Shown here: in pieces, positions 22,720-47,390 of the stretch | Numbering within the stretch: the first letter of the stretch is position 1 | How the letters are laid out: each line of letters opens with the position of its first letter | NCBI RefSeq assembly: GCF_009914755.1 | Contig: NC_060946.1 | Source: the human T2T-CHM13v2.0 reference genome, Homo sapiens | Direction: 5' to 3' (one strand) | DNA: 64,000 nucleotides | Program-made: the position numbers and the translations under genes | The notes under the pieces: model-generated | The model's input: only the letters and a program-made list of their open reading frames with translations | Told to the model about the DNA's origin: nothing | Database searches by the model: none

Positions 22720-23064
22720 AAGACCCTGTATTAAGCCTGTTGTATGTATTATCTCCATTCATTTCCCAGAAGCTTGGTGAAGTAATTTACCATTTTACAG
22801 ACCACGCGGAAACAGAAGAGCCAAGTGTCGTGTTCAATGTCACTGGTGCATCAGAAGCAGAGCTGGGGTGAAAGCCAGATGCAGCCAGCTCTAGGGCCTG
22901 GACTTCTGTTCCTTCCCACTGGTTTGTTTTCATCCTGAGTCATTGCTTGGTAGGGGAGGATTCTGAGAAAGCAATGAGGTAAACTATGGCAATACTGACT
23001 TACGCACTTCACATAAATCCCTTTGTGAGGAACATGTCATGGGGCTCCACACATTGGGCTATGA

Positions 23065-23497
<433 letters not shown>

Positions 23498-23814
23498 TGA
23501 GTCAGAACTTTGTACATGAGAAGGAAGTCTTGGGAGAAATCCACAGTTGTTTTGTATCCAGAACGTGAGGCAGCTTGGTGCTGTGATGAGAGTGTTCCTT
23601 GCCACTGCTCCTGGTTGAGCCACCTTGAGCCAATGTAGGTTTCTTCATCTGAAAAGTGAGAGGGATGGCCTAAGTGACTTCTAAGTGACTGAGCTGCTCT
23701 AAATGTGTGTGAGATGCCCGTGTCTGTGGTCAGTCTCTGTAGTCTTTCTCAGACCTTGCTTCATTCTCATCCTCTTTCTCTCAGCTAATCAGTTGTTCCA
23801 GTATCTTACTATAA

Positions 23815-24427
<613 letters not shown>

Positions 24428-24545
24428 AAAAATTTTCAAACAAGCAGCAAAGTTGAATGAATGTCCCAGGAAGCACGCACATGCCCCCCCGTCCAGCTAG
24501 ATTCCATCTGGCTTTCTCTCAGCTTGTTGCCCTGGTAGTCACTAA

Positions 24546-24972
<427 letters not shown>

Positions 24973-25332
24973 TGATGTCTTTCTCTCTGTCTGTAGCCAT
25001 CTCTCCAGCCATACGCATGCCCATCCCCTGCTGCGATGACCCTGGGCCAGACCTGCGATGCCCTGATCACAAGATATCAGGGGAAGGTGGCTTGTTGGAG
25101 TTGGGTGGTCCAGGGCACTCAAGTATCTCAAGAGGCCACTCTGTAGCAGGCACCATTATTTGTGTAACATTTTTTCTCTCGGAGACACGCAAGTCATACC
25201 TGGTTGTTGTAGAAACTTTGAAAATTGTAGAAAAACCTAATGAACAATTGGAAATCATCCATGAGCACTGCCAAGACAGCAGTAGCTAGGATTTATTGAG
25301 TACTTACTATACATTGGATATTGTGCTTGTTA

Positions 25333-25789
<457 letters not shown>

Positions 25790-25884
25790 TCACACCCACC
25801 TGGTTCTAGCGGATGCCTTTAGTCACCATTCACCACTTCCCTGATGCCTGTCACACATGTTTTAGATATTTTCTGTGCAGTAAC

Positions 25885-26190
25885 TTTTTTTTTTAGCTGG
25901 AGTTTCGCTCTTGTTGCCCCCAGGCTGGAGTGCAGTGGTGCAATCTTGGCTCACTGCAACCTCCGCTCACTTCAACCTCCGCTCACTTCAAGTGATTTTC
26001 CTGCCTCAGCCTCCCAAGTAGCTGAGATTACAAGCATGAGCCAGCTCGCTTGGCTAATTTTTGTATTTTTAGTAGAGATGGGGTTTCACCATGTTGGTGA
26101 GGCTGGTCTCGAACTCCTGACCTCAAGTGATCCTCTTGGCTTGGCCTCCCAAAGTGCTGGGATTACAGGCGTGAGCCACCACACCCTGCC
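25885..26190 (-). mobile_element. Alu with small internal duplication
   Basis: caacctccgctcactt repeated twice. Confidence 0.94.
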
Positions 26191-26208
26191 AGCAATTATG
26201 TTATTTTA

Positions 26209-26463
<255 letters not shown>

Positions 26464-27060
26464 CAATATTTAACCATTTCTATTTGCATGTTAATCTCCC
26501 CAAATAACCCTATGAAATAGTTATTATTATTTACATTTACAGGTGAGAAAACTGAAGGCTACAGAATTAAAAGACACGAAAACAAAGCTCAAAGAGTGAA
26601 ATGACTTGCCCAAGGGCATGGGAAGCAGTGAGGGTGGGTTCAAAGGTCAGAAAAAGCTGACGCCCCACCCCCTCCACCCCTGCCTTTCATTCTCGAGGTG
26701 GAGGCCATCGTGTGCATAGGGTAGAGGAAGGCAATAACAAATAATTTTCTTCAGCCTTCCCTAAATTAGATCCCGTGTAGCTGGCAACTGAGGCCTGGCC
26801 TGCTTGCTTTCTCCTCCTCTCTGGAAGCCAGGGCTACTTTGTATAGGGTCTGCATGAAGCTGTCCCCTTCCAGCAGGGACACCTGCCTGTCTTGAGATGG
26901 GGAGTGGTCACTTCCCAGCAGAGACCCTGTGCTCAGCCCGTGGAGGATAAGAGGGTGCAGGGAAGGAATTCCAGAGCTCTCCAGGCCTGGGGAAGCGCAC
27001 GGCTGGACACCCCTGCTTGCCCATGACCTTGTACAAATCCTTCCTTTCTCTGAGTTTCAA

Positions 27061-27065
27061 TTTTC

Positions 27066-27098
<33 letters not shown>

Positions 27099-27375
27099 GA
27101 GATGGAGTCTCGCTCTGTCGCCAGGCTGGAGCGCAGTGGCGATCTTGGCTCACTGCAACCTCCGACTCCCAGGTTCAAGCGATTCTCATGCCTCAGCCTC
27201 CTGAGTAGCTGGGATTACAGGCACGTGCCACCACGTACAGCTAATTTTTGTATTTTTAGTAGAAACAGGGTTTCACCGTGTTGGCCAGGATGGTCTCAAT
27301 CTCCTGACTTCATGATCCGCCTGCCTTGGCCTCCCAAAGTGCTGGGATTACAGGCGTGAGCTATGGCGCCCGGCC
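27061..27375 (-). mobile_element. AluSc-like
   Basis: TSD gagtttca(a/g)ttttct. Confidence 0.95.
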
Positions 27376-27689
27376 AGAGTTTCAGTTTTCTGAACTGACT
27401 CCACGGCTGTTCTGCGGTTGGCCCCAGTCCCTGCTGCTCCCCAGAACTCCTCTGTTTCCCCAACAGGGTTGGGTGTGTGGTACCAAGCAAAGGGCACCGT
27501 GCCCGTGGAGCCAGGATGTACAGCAGCCCCAGCAACATCTCCAGGTCTAGGGCAAACAGTGTGTGTCTGAGAAGAGGGAAGACATCAACTGGTGAGAGTC
27601 CCAGTGACCATGACCTCTTTCCCTTCTCTTACCAGTCTCCAAAACACAACAAAGGAAGGGTGCATGAATTTGTAGCTAACATTTAGTGG

Positions 27690-27910
27690 ACAGGTGGCAG
27701 GCGCAGCCCGAGGTAATTTCCATCTATTTACTCATTTAACCCTATCAATAACCTTATGAGGCAGGTACTATTGTGCCCACTTGACAGGTGAGGAAACTGA
27801 GGCTCAGGGAGGTGAAGTCACACAGCTAGGGGGTAGCGGTGCTGGCATCCAAACCCAAGCGTGTGGCCACAGGGCTCAAATGCTTAACCACTGACCCATA
27901 CTGCCTCTCA
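27690..27910 (+). mobile_element. MIR
   Basis: acaggtgaggaaactgaggctcagggaggtgaagt. Confidence 0.8.
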
Positions 27911-28003
27911 GATCCCAGGGTGATGGTGCAGGCCGCCTCACCTTACGGAATCTGAGTCTGAGGCCCAGGGAGGGAGGGCAACTCACAGCCACACGGGGAA
28001 TGA

Positions 28004-28502
<499 letters not shown>

Positions 28503-28772
28503 GGGAATCATTTAAGGTTGAACCCGGAGACCTTCCGCTAGCATCAGACATGTGTACAGTATCTCCCTAGCCTGTGGCGGCAAGCAAACATCCCTCCCTC
28601 TTCCAGCTGTCTGTATGCTGTATCTGCCATGTAACAGGCAAGAGGCAGGTTGTTCTTGGGGGATCCCAAGTCTTGGTGAAGGGCGGGTGTTCTAATACAT
28701 TAGATAACCCAATCATGCAGATTCCCTTGGTAACCAATGTACACACAGGAATGAGTAAGAATTATCTATCAC

Positions 28773-29081
<309 letters not shown>

Positions 29082-29175
29082 CTATCACAGCCATGGCTGG
29101 GAACCACAGTGTTGAACTGGCTTCTGTGGTTTAACAAAATTATAAGATCTTTGACATTTTAAAATATGATTTTGA

Positions 29176-29489
<314 letters not shown>

Positions 29490-29815
29490 GATAATTAACT
29501 AAATTATAGGATCCTTTAGTAGTAGTAGTAATAATTGGTAAAATAACATTATTTGCTATATAGTGCCATAAAGAACTACGTGCCAGGCACTGTTCTAAGG
29601 GTTCCTAAGTCATTATAATCCTTACAGTGACTCTACAAGGAAGGCATTCATTATTTTCATTTCACAGAGGAAATGGAAGAACAGAGAGGTGAAGTAACTT
29701 GCCGAAAATCACACAGCTGGGATGTGACAGAGCCTGTAAACCAACCGGAGTAGTCTGGCTCCAAAGTCAGGGCTCTTCACTACCAGGTGATCCTGTCTCC
29801 TCTTACATCATCCAG

Positions 29816-30087
29816 TTTCACTCTGTCACCCAGGCTGGAGTGCAGCGACATGATCTCGGCTCACTGCAACCTCTGCTTTTGGGTTCAAGCAATTCTCCCA
29901 CCTTAGCCTCCCAAGTAGCTGGGACTACAGGCATGTGCCACCACACCCAGCTAATTTTTGTACTTTTAGTAGAGATGGGTTTTCACCATGTCGGCCAGGC
30001 TGGTCTGGAAATCCTGACCTCAAGTGATCCGCCCACCTCAGCCTCCCAAAGTTCTGGGATTACAGGCTTGAGCCACTGTGTCCAGCC
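29816..30087 (-). mobile_element. Alu lacking its tail
   Basis: Begins at tttcactctgtcacc with no T-tract. Confidence 0.92.
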
Positions 30088-30458
30088 TCATCCTTTATTA
30101 TTCGGTCTTGCCTGACATTTACGTGCACTTTCCTAAATTCTATCTAATTTGATTATCAACATTTGGGAGGTAGACATGCTGAGAACAATGAATTAGTTTC
30201 CTCTTGTTGCGTCACTTTCAGTGTTATTTTGTGAGCTGCTCAGTCAGGTGTGGCCACAAGAGAGGCTCAGGAAGAGTTTATTATACTCACAAGCCTGGAC
30301 ATGGGAGGCATGGCACGCTGGCCAGGGCCACCTGAGGAGGCACCACTGTAGGCCCGGCCACAGGAGCAGGAGTGAGGAGAGAGCTTAGGACACAGCCTTG
30401 ATTGGCTTTTCCGAGGAAAGGGGTGGACAAGGTAACAGTTTAGAATTGGCTGATTTAA

Positions 30459-31012
<554 letters not shown>

Positions 31013-31086
31013 TAAGGCCAGATAGGGAGGGTGTGGCTGTGGGTTGATTTGCACACCAAAGGCCTTCTCGAAGGCTGAGCTCTTTT

Positions 31087-31271
31087 CCTTCCTTCTTTCT
31101 TTCTCTTTCTTTCTTTCTTTTTATTATACTTTCAGTTCTGGGGTACATGTGCAGAACGTGCAGTTTTGTTACATAGGTATACACATGCCATGGTGGTTTG
31201 CTGCACCCATCAACCCGTCATCTACATTAGATATTTCTCCTTATGCTATCCCTCCCCTAGCCTCCAACCCC
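31087..31271 (-). mobile_element. Short 5'-truncated L1PA (PA7-like) 3' end
   Basis: L1PA 3'UTR; TSD ggctgagctctttt at 31073-31086 and 31272-31285. Confidence 0.93.
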
Positions 31272-31295
31272 GGCTGAGCTCTTTTGTATCTGTTA

Positions 31296-32844
<1,549 letters not shown>

Positions 32845-33195
32845 ACAATGAGAACACATGGACACAGGAAGGGGAACATCACACTCTGGGGACTATTGTG
32901 GGGTGGGGGGAGGGGGGAGGGATAGCACTGGGAGATAAACCTAATGCTAGATGACGAGTTAGTGGGTGCAGCGCACCAGCATGGCACATGTATACATATG
33001 TAACTAACCTGCACATTGTGCACATGTACCCTAAAACTTAAAGTATGATAATAATAAATTTTAAAAAAATTTATTTTGAAAAAAAAAAAAAAAAAAAAAA
33101 AAAGAATTGGCTAACCCCAGGAGAGGCAGTCACTCCCCAGCCAGGAAGGTTTCTGGATGCCAAAACATCATAAGACACAGAAAATAAAAAATATA

Positions 33196-33500
<305 letters not shown>

Positions 33501-33519
33501 AAAAAATATAAACTATACA

Positions 33520-33875
33520 CATCACAAATTGCCCCCAAAACAACCAACAACAAACGTTGATCATCTCACAGTTTCTGTGGGACAGGAACCTGGGTGCAGA
33601 TTGCAGGGTCCTCCAGCCCAGGGTGTCTCCCAGGGCAGCAATCATGAGGTTGCCTGGGACCACAGCCCCCTCAAAATCCATCTGAGCAGGATTCACTGTC
33701 AGGCTCACTCGAGTGGCAGGACTGAGTTGTTCCAGGGCTTTTGGCCTAAGGGCTTCGGTTCCCTGCCATCTGAGCCTTTCCACAAAGCAGCTCACACTAT
33801 ACAGCTGGCTTTCTCAAAGGGAGCGAGTGGGAGCAAGGGAGACGGCACCAGCAAGACAGAGTCACAGTCTCTTTT
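33520..33875 (-). mobile_element. MLT1F/G-like LTR fragment
   Basis: atctcacagtttctgtggg...gcagctcacac...cagctggcttt. Confidence 0.7.
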
Positions 33876-34187
<312 letters not shown>

Positions 34188-34591
34188 TATTAATTTTTTT
34201 TTTAATAGTGGCCAAATATATATAACACAAAATTTATTGTTTTAACCATTTTAAAGTGTACCATGAAAATGTACACCATTGTACATACACATTCACAGTG
34301 GCGGCACTGGGCATATTCAGAATGTTGCACAATCATAATTTCTATGCATTTCCAGAACTTCATCATGATCCCAAAAAGAAACTCTGTACCCATTAAACAA
34401 TACCTCCCCATTCCCCCTTCTCCTCAGTCCCTGCTGGCCACTATTCTACTTTCTGTCTCCATGAATTTGACTACTCCAAGTATCTCATATGAGTGGAACC
34501 CTTCAATATTTGTCTCTTTGACTGGCTTATTTAGCTTCACATAAGGTCCTCAGGGTTTGTCCATATTGTAGCATATGTAAGAATTTACTTC

Positions 34592-35237
34592 TTTTTTTTT
34601 TTTTTTTTTTTATTTGACAGGGTGTTGCTCTGTCTGTCACCCAGACTGAAGTGCGGCAGTGCGATCTCTGCTCATTGCAGCCTGGACCTCCTGGGCTCCA
34701 GTCATCCTCCCACCTCAGCCTCCTGAGTAGCTGGGACTAGTCATCCTCCCACCTCAGCCTCCAGAGTAGCCAGGACTACAGGCATGTGCCACCTCGCCCA
34801 GCTAATTTTTGTAGAGAGGGGGTTTCACTGTGTTGGCTAGGCTGGTCTCCAACTCGTGACCTCAAGCGATCCATCCACGTCAGCCTTTCTTTCTTTTTTT
34901 TTTTTTTGAGACAGAGTCTTGCTCTGTCACCCAGGCTGGAGTGCAGTGAGTGGCGCAGTCTCGGCTCACTGCAAGCTCCACCTCCCGGGTTCACGCCATT
35001 CTCCTGCCTCAGCCTCTCCGAGTAGCTGGGACTACAGGCGCCCGCCACCACGCTCGGCTAATTTTTTTGTATTTTTAGTAGAGACGGGGTTTCACCATGG
35101 TTTCGATCTCCTGACCTCGTGATCCGCCCGCCTCGGCCTCCCAAAGTGCTGGGATTACAAGCATGAGCCACCGCGCCCGGCCTCACGTCAGCCTTTCAAA
35201 GTGCTGGGATTACAGGCCTGAGCCACTGTGCCCAGCC
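34592..35237 (-). mobile_element. AluJ containing an AluY (34890-35182) and a 39-bp tandem duplication
   Basis: AluY TSD cacgtcagcctttc; duplicated units 34700-34738 and 34739-34777. Confidence 0.93.
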
Positions 35238-35250
35238 AGAATTTACTTCC

Positions 35251-35547
35251 TTTTTCTTTTTTTTTGAGACAGAGTTTTGCTCTTTCACCCAGGCTGGAGT
35301 GAATTGCCGTGATCTCGGCTAACTGCAACCTCTGCCTCCCAGGTTCAAGTGATTCGCCTGCCTCAGCCTCCTGAGTAGCTGGGATTACAGGCATGCACCA
35401 CCACGCCCAGCTAATTTTTGTATTTTTTGCAGAGAGAGGGTTTCACCATGTTGGCCAGGCTGGTCTTGAACTCCTGACCTCAGGTAATCCACCAGCCTCG
35501 GCCTCCCAAAGTGCTGGGATTACAGGCATGAGCCACCGTGCCCTGCC
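35251..35547 (-). mobile_element. Alu (S-type)
   Basis: TSD aatttacttccttttt. Confidence 0.95.
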
Positions 35548-35770
35548 AATTTACTTCCTTTTTAAGTCTAAACGATATTCCATTGTATGGATAGACCACA
35601 TGTTTTTTAATCTATTCATCTGCGAGTGGACATTTGGCTTGTTTCCACCTTCTGGCTATTGTGAACAATGCTGCTATGAACATTGTGGCACAAATATCTG
35701 TCTGAGTCCCTGCTTTCAGCTCTTTTGGGTATATACCCAGAAGTGGAATTGGTAGATCATATGATAATTA

Positions 35771-36115
<345 letters not shown>

Positions 36116-36343
36116 CTAGTGATAAGGAAGGGCCAGCAAGAATGTCAGACATATGTCAATATGTGGTAGATATATTGTTAAGGAAAGCAAAGTGGGTTAC
36201 AGAACAATATATTTTTGTAAAATAAAGCCGTATTTGTGTATATATAGATGTACTTATTCTATCTCTATTTAAGTCTCTATCTGTATCTGTATCCAGCTCT
36301 AGTATGTATCTATCTCTATCCATCCATTCCTCCATCTTTGTAG

Positions 36344-36698
<355 letters not shown>

Positions 36699-37288
36699 CA
36701 TATTTCCACTTCTTCCGGAAACAGAACCCAGATCTTTTTTGGGGAACTATTTCTTCCCCACATTGTGTCCCCATGGTTTGGGTGGGACTCTGTTGGTCCC
36801 ATTGCCCCAGGGCTGGAACATGGGTCTCAGGCCTGGCTAACAAGAGCACCAAGTTTTCTGAGCCACAGAGATTGGTTCTGGACAACCAAAGAGTGTCCAA
36901 TCACAAGTCAGGCCTGAGTGGGTGTTACAGAGAAGGGCCTGTCTCCCTCCCGGAGCTCTGACTGCGAGCGCAGTTCCTCGATGATTGCGAAGTAATTAGA
37001 GTTGCTTCTTCCAACCGTGGTGCCTTCATGGGGCTGCAGATCAGCTTCTGACCTTGGATCTCTGGGATTTCAGGGTTCCAGACACAGAAGTGAGCAACCC
37101 TGCACCCCTCCAGTGAGGCCCACTGCCGCTTATGTTCACCAGAGCGGGGATCATTGCTTGAAACCAAAACACCATAATAGACACTCTCACTGATGAGAGA
37201 GAGCTGGGAGATTTTTAAGTTATATCTCTATGTTATTTATAATTCTTAATGAGTATATACTGCAGTTACAATTAAAAAATATGTTGTT

Positions 37289-37560
37289 AGCTGGGTGGGG
37301 TGGCTCACGCTTATAATCTCAGCACTTTGGGCAGCTGAGGTGGGCGAATCACCTGAGGTCAGGAGTTCGAGACCAGCTGGGCAAAAATGGTGAAACCCTG
37401 TCTCTACTAAAAATACAAAATTAGCTGGGCATGGTGGCATGCACCTGTAGTCCCAGCTACTCGGGAGGCTGAGGCAGGAGAATCGCTTGAAACTGGGAGG
37501 TGGTTGCAGTGAGCCGAGATCAAGCCACTGGGAGACAGAGACTTTGTTAAAAAAAGAAAA
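37289..37560 (+). mobile_element. Alu (S-type) with right-arm deletion
   Basis: Alu consensus. Confidence 0.93.
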
Positions 37561-37655
37561 TATATATGTATATATCTTTGTAAAGGCATTGGACTGGGAA
37601 TGTCTTCTTTGCTTTATATAACCCTTTCATTTCCCATATTCCTGGCTTCCTTTAA

Positions 37656-38028
<373 letters not shown>

Positions 38029-38472
38029 TAACTATACATTGTTCTAACAGCTTTATTGAGATAGAATTCACATACCATAAAATTTGTCCTTTTAAAGTGT
38101 ATAGTTTTGCGGCTTTCAGTATAGTAACAGAACCGTGCAAACATCACCACTGTCTAACTCCAGAGCATTTTTATGACTCCCAGAAGAAATCCAGTGCTTA
38201 TTAGCAGAAGCAGTCATTCTCTATTTCCTTCTCCCTCAGCCCCTGGCCATCACTAATCTGCTTTCTGTCTCTACAAATTTGCCTCTTCTGGACATCCCAT
38301 ATAAATAGAATCATACAATATGTAATCTTTTGTGACTGGCTTCTTTCAACCAGCACACTGTTTTTAAGATTCATCTGTGTTGCAGCATTTATCAGTATTT
38401 TATTCCGTGTGTGTGCGCGTGTGTAATTTTTAACTTTTTATTCTGATAATATATGCATAAGGTAAGAATTAC

Positions 38473-38764
<292 letters not shown>

Positions 38765-38927
38765 TTACTATTTTTTGGCATGGGGGGGGATATTGTGAGA
38801 AGTTACTATTTTTAAGTGTCCAGTTCAATGACAGCACCATCTCCAGAACTTTTTCATCATTCCATTCTGGAACACTATGCTCATTAAACAATAATTCCCC
38901 AGTCCTCCCTCCCTCAACCCCTGGTAA

Positions 38928-39326
<399 letters not shown>

Positions 39327-39957
39327 TAGAATCATACAACAAATATTGTGTATGTTTCCTTTTCTATCTGTTTCTTTCACTTAGCATGATGCCTTCAGGG
39401 TTCATCCGTGATAATATATCATGTATCAGAATTTCATTCCTTTTGTAGGTTGAATAATATTCTATTGTATAGATATAAACATTTTGATTATCCATTTATC
39501 AATTGGCGGGCATTTGGGTTGTTTCCACTTCTTTGGCTATTACAAATAATGGTGCTTTCAAAATTCAAGTTCAAGTTTTTGTGTGGATATATGGTTTGAT
39601 TTCTCACTAGTTTATACCTGGGCATGAAATGGCTAAGTCATATGGTAACTCTATTCAACATTTGGAGGAACTGCCAAACTCCTTTCTAAAATGGATGTAT
39701 CATTTTGCATTCACACCAACAATGTAAGAAGATTACAATGTCTCCACATCCTTGCCAATATTGTCTTTTTTTTTTTTCTAATGGGTGTGAAGTATTACCT
39801 CATTTCAGTTTGGATGTACATTTCCCTAGTGACTAATGACGTGGAGCACCTTTCCATGTGTTTATTGTCCATTTACTAGCATACTATTTTTAATTCCCTT
39901 TGTGTGTGTGTGTGGGTGTGTGTGTGTGTGCGTGCACGCAATATTTAAGATCCTTTT

Positions 39958-40585
<628 letters not shown>

Positions 40586-40589
40586 TGCC

Positions 40590-40890
40590 TTTTTTTTTTT
40601 TTTTTTTTTTTTTGAGATAGGATCTCACTATGTCACCCAGGCTGGAGTGCAGTGGCATGATCTCCGGCTTACTGCAACCTCCTGGGCTCAAGCAATCCTC
40701 CCACCTCAGCCTCCAGACTAGCTGGGACCACAGCTGTGCACCATCAAGCCTGGCTAATTTTTTGTATTTTTTTGTAACAACAGGGTTTTGCCATGTTGCC
40801 CAGGCTGGTCTGGAATTCCTGGCTCAAGTGATCTGCCTGTCTTAGTTTCCCAAAGTGCTGGGATTACAGGTGTGAGCCATTGTGCCAGCC
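40590..40890 (-). mobile_element. AluJ
   Basis: ctgggctcaagcaatcctccc. Confidence 0.93.
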
Positions 40891-41286
40891 AAGATCACTT
40901 TTTAATGGTTGCTTCGAGGATTATAATTAACATCTTAATGTAAAGCTATCTAGTTGAGATAAGTACTAACTTAATTTTAATAGTATATATAAATGTTTGT
41001 TCCACTGTGGTTGTTTTTTATCTCTTCCTTTGTGTTGGTATTATACAAATTACATTTTTATGTATTGTAAGACTATCAATACAGTTTTATAATTATTGTT
41101 TTAGGAAAATGTCTTTTAAGTCAGATAATAGGAGAAAAGAATTACAAACAAAAGACCTATGTACTGTCTTTCTTCTGTATTTACCTATGTAGTTACTTGT
41201 ACTAGTTTTCTTAGTTTCTTCAAGTGAATTGTGTCTTGTGTTTCTGTTTTGAGTCCTTTTATTTCAGCACCAAGGACTTCCTTTAA

Positions 41287-41581
<295 letters not shown>

Positions 41582-42582
41582 CCTTGTTTTCTTTAGTTCT
41601 TTGAATGTTTTTATAATATCTGATTTAAAACTGACAGTGACTCTAACATCTGGGCTTCTTCAGGAAGCCTCTTGTCCTTCCAGGTATGAGCTATACTTTC
41701 TTATTTGTTCATGCATTTTTGTTGGAAACGGGACATTTAATATAATATAATGGGACAACACTGGAAACCAGATTGCCCCCTTCCTAAGCTTTGTTGTTAT
41801 TGTGATTGCTGTCTGTTGTTGTTGTTGCTGTTTGTTTAGTGGCTTCCCGGGACGAATTCTGTAAGATCTGTATTCTTTGTGATATACGGCCCCTGAAGTT
41901 TCTGCTAGGTAGTTAACCTAGCTACTAGACGTGGTCAGCTAATGATTACATAGATTTCCTTAAATGCTACAAGCCAGTAAGTCTCCTATCATTTGTTGAA
42001 GGGCTGTCTATTGTGTATGGAGGGTGTGACTTCAATGTTCCAGCAGGCACTCTAGAACTCTGCCTTAGCAGGCTGGGCACGTCCAGCTGTACATTTTTAA
42101 TACATTAAACCACTTAGCTGTCATTGACTTAATTTCCTTTCAAGGAAATGGGTAATGCAAACGTGGCTTGAAGGCAGGACCTCTGTCTTATTATCTCTGT
42201 ATTAACAGGGTCTAGGATAGTGGCTGGTACAAAAAAAATCATTAAAAGTTCCGATGAATAACTACAGATCTTATGTTTGAATTGTGCTTTGCAATTTATA
42301 AAGTGCTTTCTCATGATTTTATTCCACAGAGTGTAATTTAATTCAGCAACCTTTCCTGTCCATTAACTACATGCCAGTCACTGTGTCGAATGTCAAGGAT
42401 AGAAAGATAAATAAGAAAAAGGCTTGCTCTGGAAGGTATTTTCAGTCTACTTGGCGGCACGAGATGCATGCATTAACAAGACAAATAATAGTATGGATAT
42501 AAGTTCCATGCGAGAGGGCACCATATCGGCCTTGGACCACATTATACTGCAGAGTCTACAAGAATATCTGATACCTAGAAGA

Positions 42583-44080
<1,498 letters not shown>

Positions 44081-44322
44081 TGTTGAATAAATATTTGTTG
44101 ACTGCCTATGATTGTTGGTAATCTGTGCTTTTTGGAGGGATGGGGTAACACACATTATCCCATTTAATCTTCTCAACAATTCTGTTGATGAACCAACTTG
44201 CCCAAGATCATACAGCTAGTAAGTGGTAGAGGTGGGATTAGAACTCAGATCTTTCTGATGTCAGAACTAGATTTCCATCTCTATTTTCACTATGCCATGT
44301 CACCTGTCCCTAAAGAACTAGA

Positions 44323-44500
44323 ATCCTGAGTAGCTGGGATTATAGGCATGTGCCACCATGCCCAGCTAATTTTTGTGTTTTTGGTAGAGACGGGGTTTCC
44401 CATGTTGGCCAGGCTGGTCTCGAACTCCTGACCTCAGGTGATCCGCCCATCTCAACCTCCCAAAGTACCGGGATTACAGACATGAGCCACTGCGCCTGGC
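44323..44500 (-). mobile_element. Alu missing most of the right arm and tail
   Basis: Starts abruptly at tcctgagtagctggg. Confidence 0.92.
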
Positions 44501-45716
44501 CAACATCGCCTCTCAGCTGGGAGGTCATCTGGGCTGCATATGGCCTCTCCATATATCTCTTCACATGGGTGAATTTGGGCTTCTTCGGAGCATGGTGGCT
44601 CTGTGAGTGTCCCAAGAGAGCAAGGTGGAAATACATGGCATTTTTATAACCCAGAAGTCAGAAACCTCAGAAGTCACAGTTTTTCTTCTGCCATGAGGTA
44701 GTCATGAATAACTTCCCTGGCTCAAGCAGAGAAGAAGACATAGATTAAATGGTAGATATTGTGGTAGCCATTATTGGTAAATATGACCTGCTACAATGCA
44801 TCTCATCGACACATTCTAAGAAAATACAAACCTCACATCCAGATCTTTCCTGTGGGTTCTTGCTAGAATGTCAGGGTGGGCAGTTGTGATGGGGGTTAAA
44901 TTTGTAACACTCAGCAACACTTCTTTAAGTTATCTTTCTTGGGGGTTGGATGGACATGGTTGGCTGAGCACATGCTTTTACTACTACTTTCATTTCCAGT
45001 CCCTAGCAATGACAGAAAAGAAATATTTAAAAATATAGACTCATAATAGGGCTGGAACACTGAAGGTGTTCATGGACCATTAATGTTGAAGAATCTCGGA
45101 AGGACAGAAAGCCTCAATTTGTTGAAGAATCAATTTGTTAGAGTAAAAAAAAAAAAAAAAAAGCCCAAAACATGTGCAGAAGGGGGCAGCTGTGAATAAC
45201 AGGAATTTTTCTGGGAGTTTCCCAACTTAGAGAAACAATGAAACTGAGGAGCAAGATGAGGCTTTGAAGTTTTCATGAGGGTGGTTGAGAACTGGCATTG
45301 AGACCAAGACAGGTTGACCCTTTCCTTTATCCATTATTTTGCCAAGCAGGAAGCAGCAATGGCAATTGGCCCCAGACCAGAGCAGTGTGTCTTGGACTTG
45401 GGTGGGAAAAGCAACATACAGGAAAATATGGGACAGCGTCCTAGGCAGCTGGTGGAACCCAGGAATAATGGAAGGCCCCCTCATCCCAAAAGACAGCTTC
45501 TATACTGTATTCCCACACTTTTTCTTTTCATCATCACTGGCCCCAGTCATGCAACAAACTTCCCTCAAGTCAATAAAAGCAAAACCATTAAAGAAAAGCT
45601 CCAAGCTCTATAGAAACTGCACTAGCATTTAAGGAAATGGAAAGGAGTTTGATAGAAGTTGTTCAGTGTGCCCAGGAAGACAAGATCATACAGGATCCAT
45701 GAAATAAGACGTAATA

Positions 45717-46502
<786 letters not shown>

Positions 46503-46509
46503 AACGGTC

Positions 46510-47390
46510 ATCTATGCAAGTAAGAGTCAGCTGTGAAAAAGAAAGCAGGCAATGGACTGAAAAACATAATGAACGCAGATGGAGAAAGAGTTAGCAAGAT
46601 GCGGAAAATATGAAAGAAAAGTTAAGTGACGTGGATGATAGATCCAGAGATTTCAATATCTGTCTAAAAGAACAGAAATAGTTCAAAGAAAGGAGTAATC
46701 CAAGAAGTAATAGAAGAAAACCTCCCCAAGCTGAAGAAAAACACACATCTTCAGACTGAACGGGCTATGAATGAAGAACATATTTTTCATATACATGTCA
46801 TTCACCACACCCAGCTAATTTTGTGTATTTTTAGTAGGGACGGGGTTTCACTATGTTGGCCAGGATGGTCTCCATCTCTTGACCTTGTGATCCATCCGCC
46901 TAGGCCTCCCAAAGTGCTGGGATTATAGGCATGAGTCACCACACCCAGCCTGCTCTTGCTGTTAACTGTACTGCCTTTCTGAGGCATCACGTCTCACCTC
47001 TGGTCAACCAGTAAAAGCCCAGGGATAGAAAATGAGTAGGACATATTTAGAGGACAGCATGGAGAAGAGCAGAGAAGAACTGGAGAATTAGGATTGGAGC
47101 TGATGAAAGTTATGAACACCAAAGGTAAGAGAAAGTCTTCAAGGTTTTTGAAGGTAAAAAGCAGATCACCTACAAAAAATGAATTTTCATAGGGCCAAAA
47201 ATTGCATTAGCTACACTGAATGCTAAAAAACAATGAAAAAAATCTTTTATTTGTTAGGAAAATATTTGGAACGTAAAATTCTATGCCTCACCAAAAATCA
47301 TTTATGAGGGGGGAAAATGAAGACATTTCTAGACATGTGAGGGCCTAGATCCAGAGTCCCTTTCAATCAAAAAGAAAAGTGAATTCAAGA
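46510..47390 (+). mobile_element. Old L1M ORF1-region fragment interrupted by a templated insertion
   Basis: aagaaaacctccccaagctgaagaaa...tcttcagactgaa; gcagatcacctacaaa. Confidence 0.65.
46803..47105 (+). repeat. Dispersed ~300-bp copy of 48358-48659 (Alu left part plus unique flank)
   Basis: About 16 differences over the ~155-bp non-Alu part by manual alignment. Confidence 0.93.

Larger units (their letters stand above)
34190..35770 (-). mobile_element. L1MB-like 3' end, fragmented by nested Alus
   Basis: ttaaccattttaaagtgtac; ctactttctgtctccatgaatttgac; tatacccagaagtggaattg. Confidence 0.85.
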
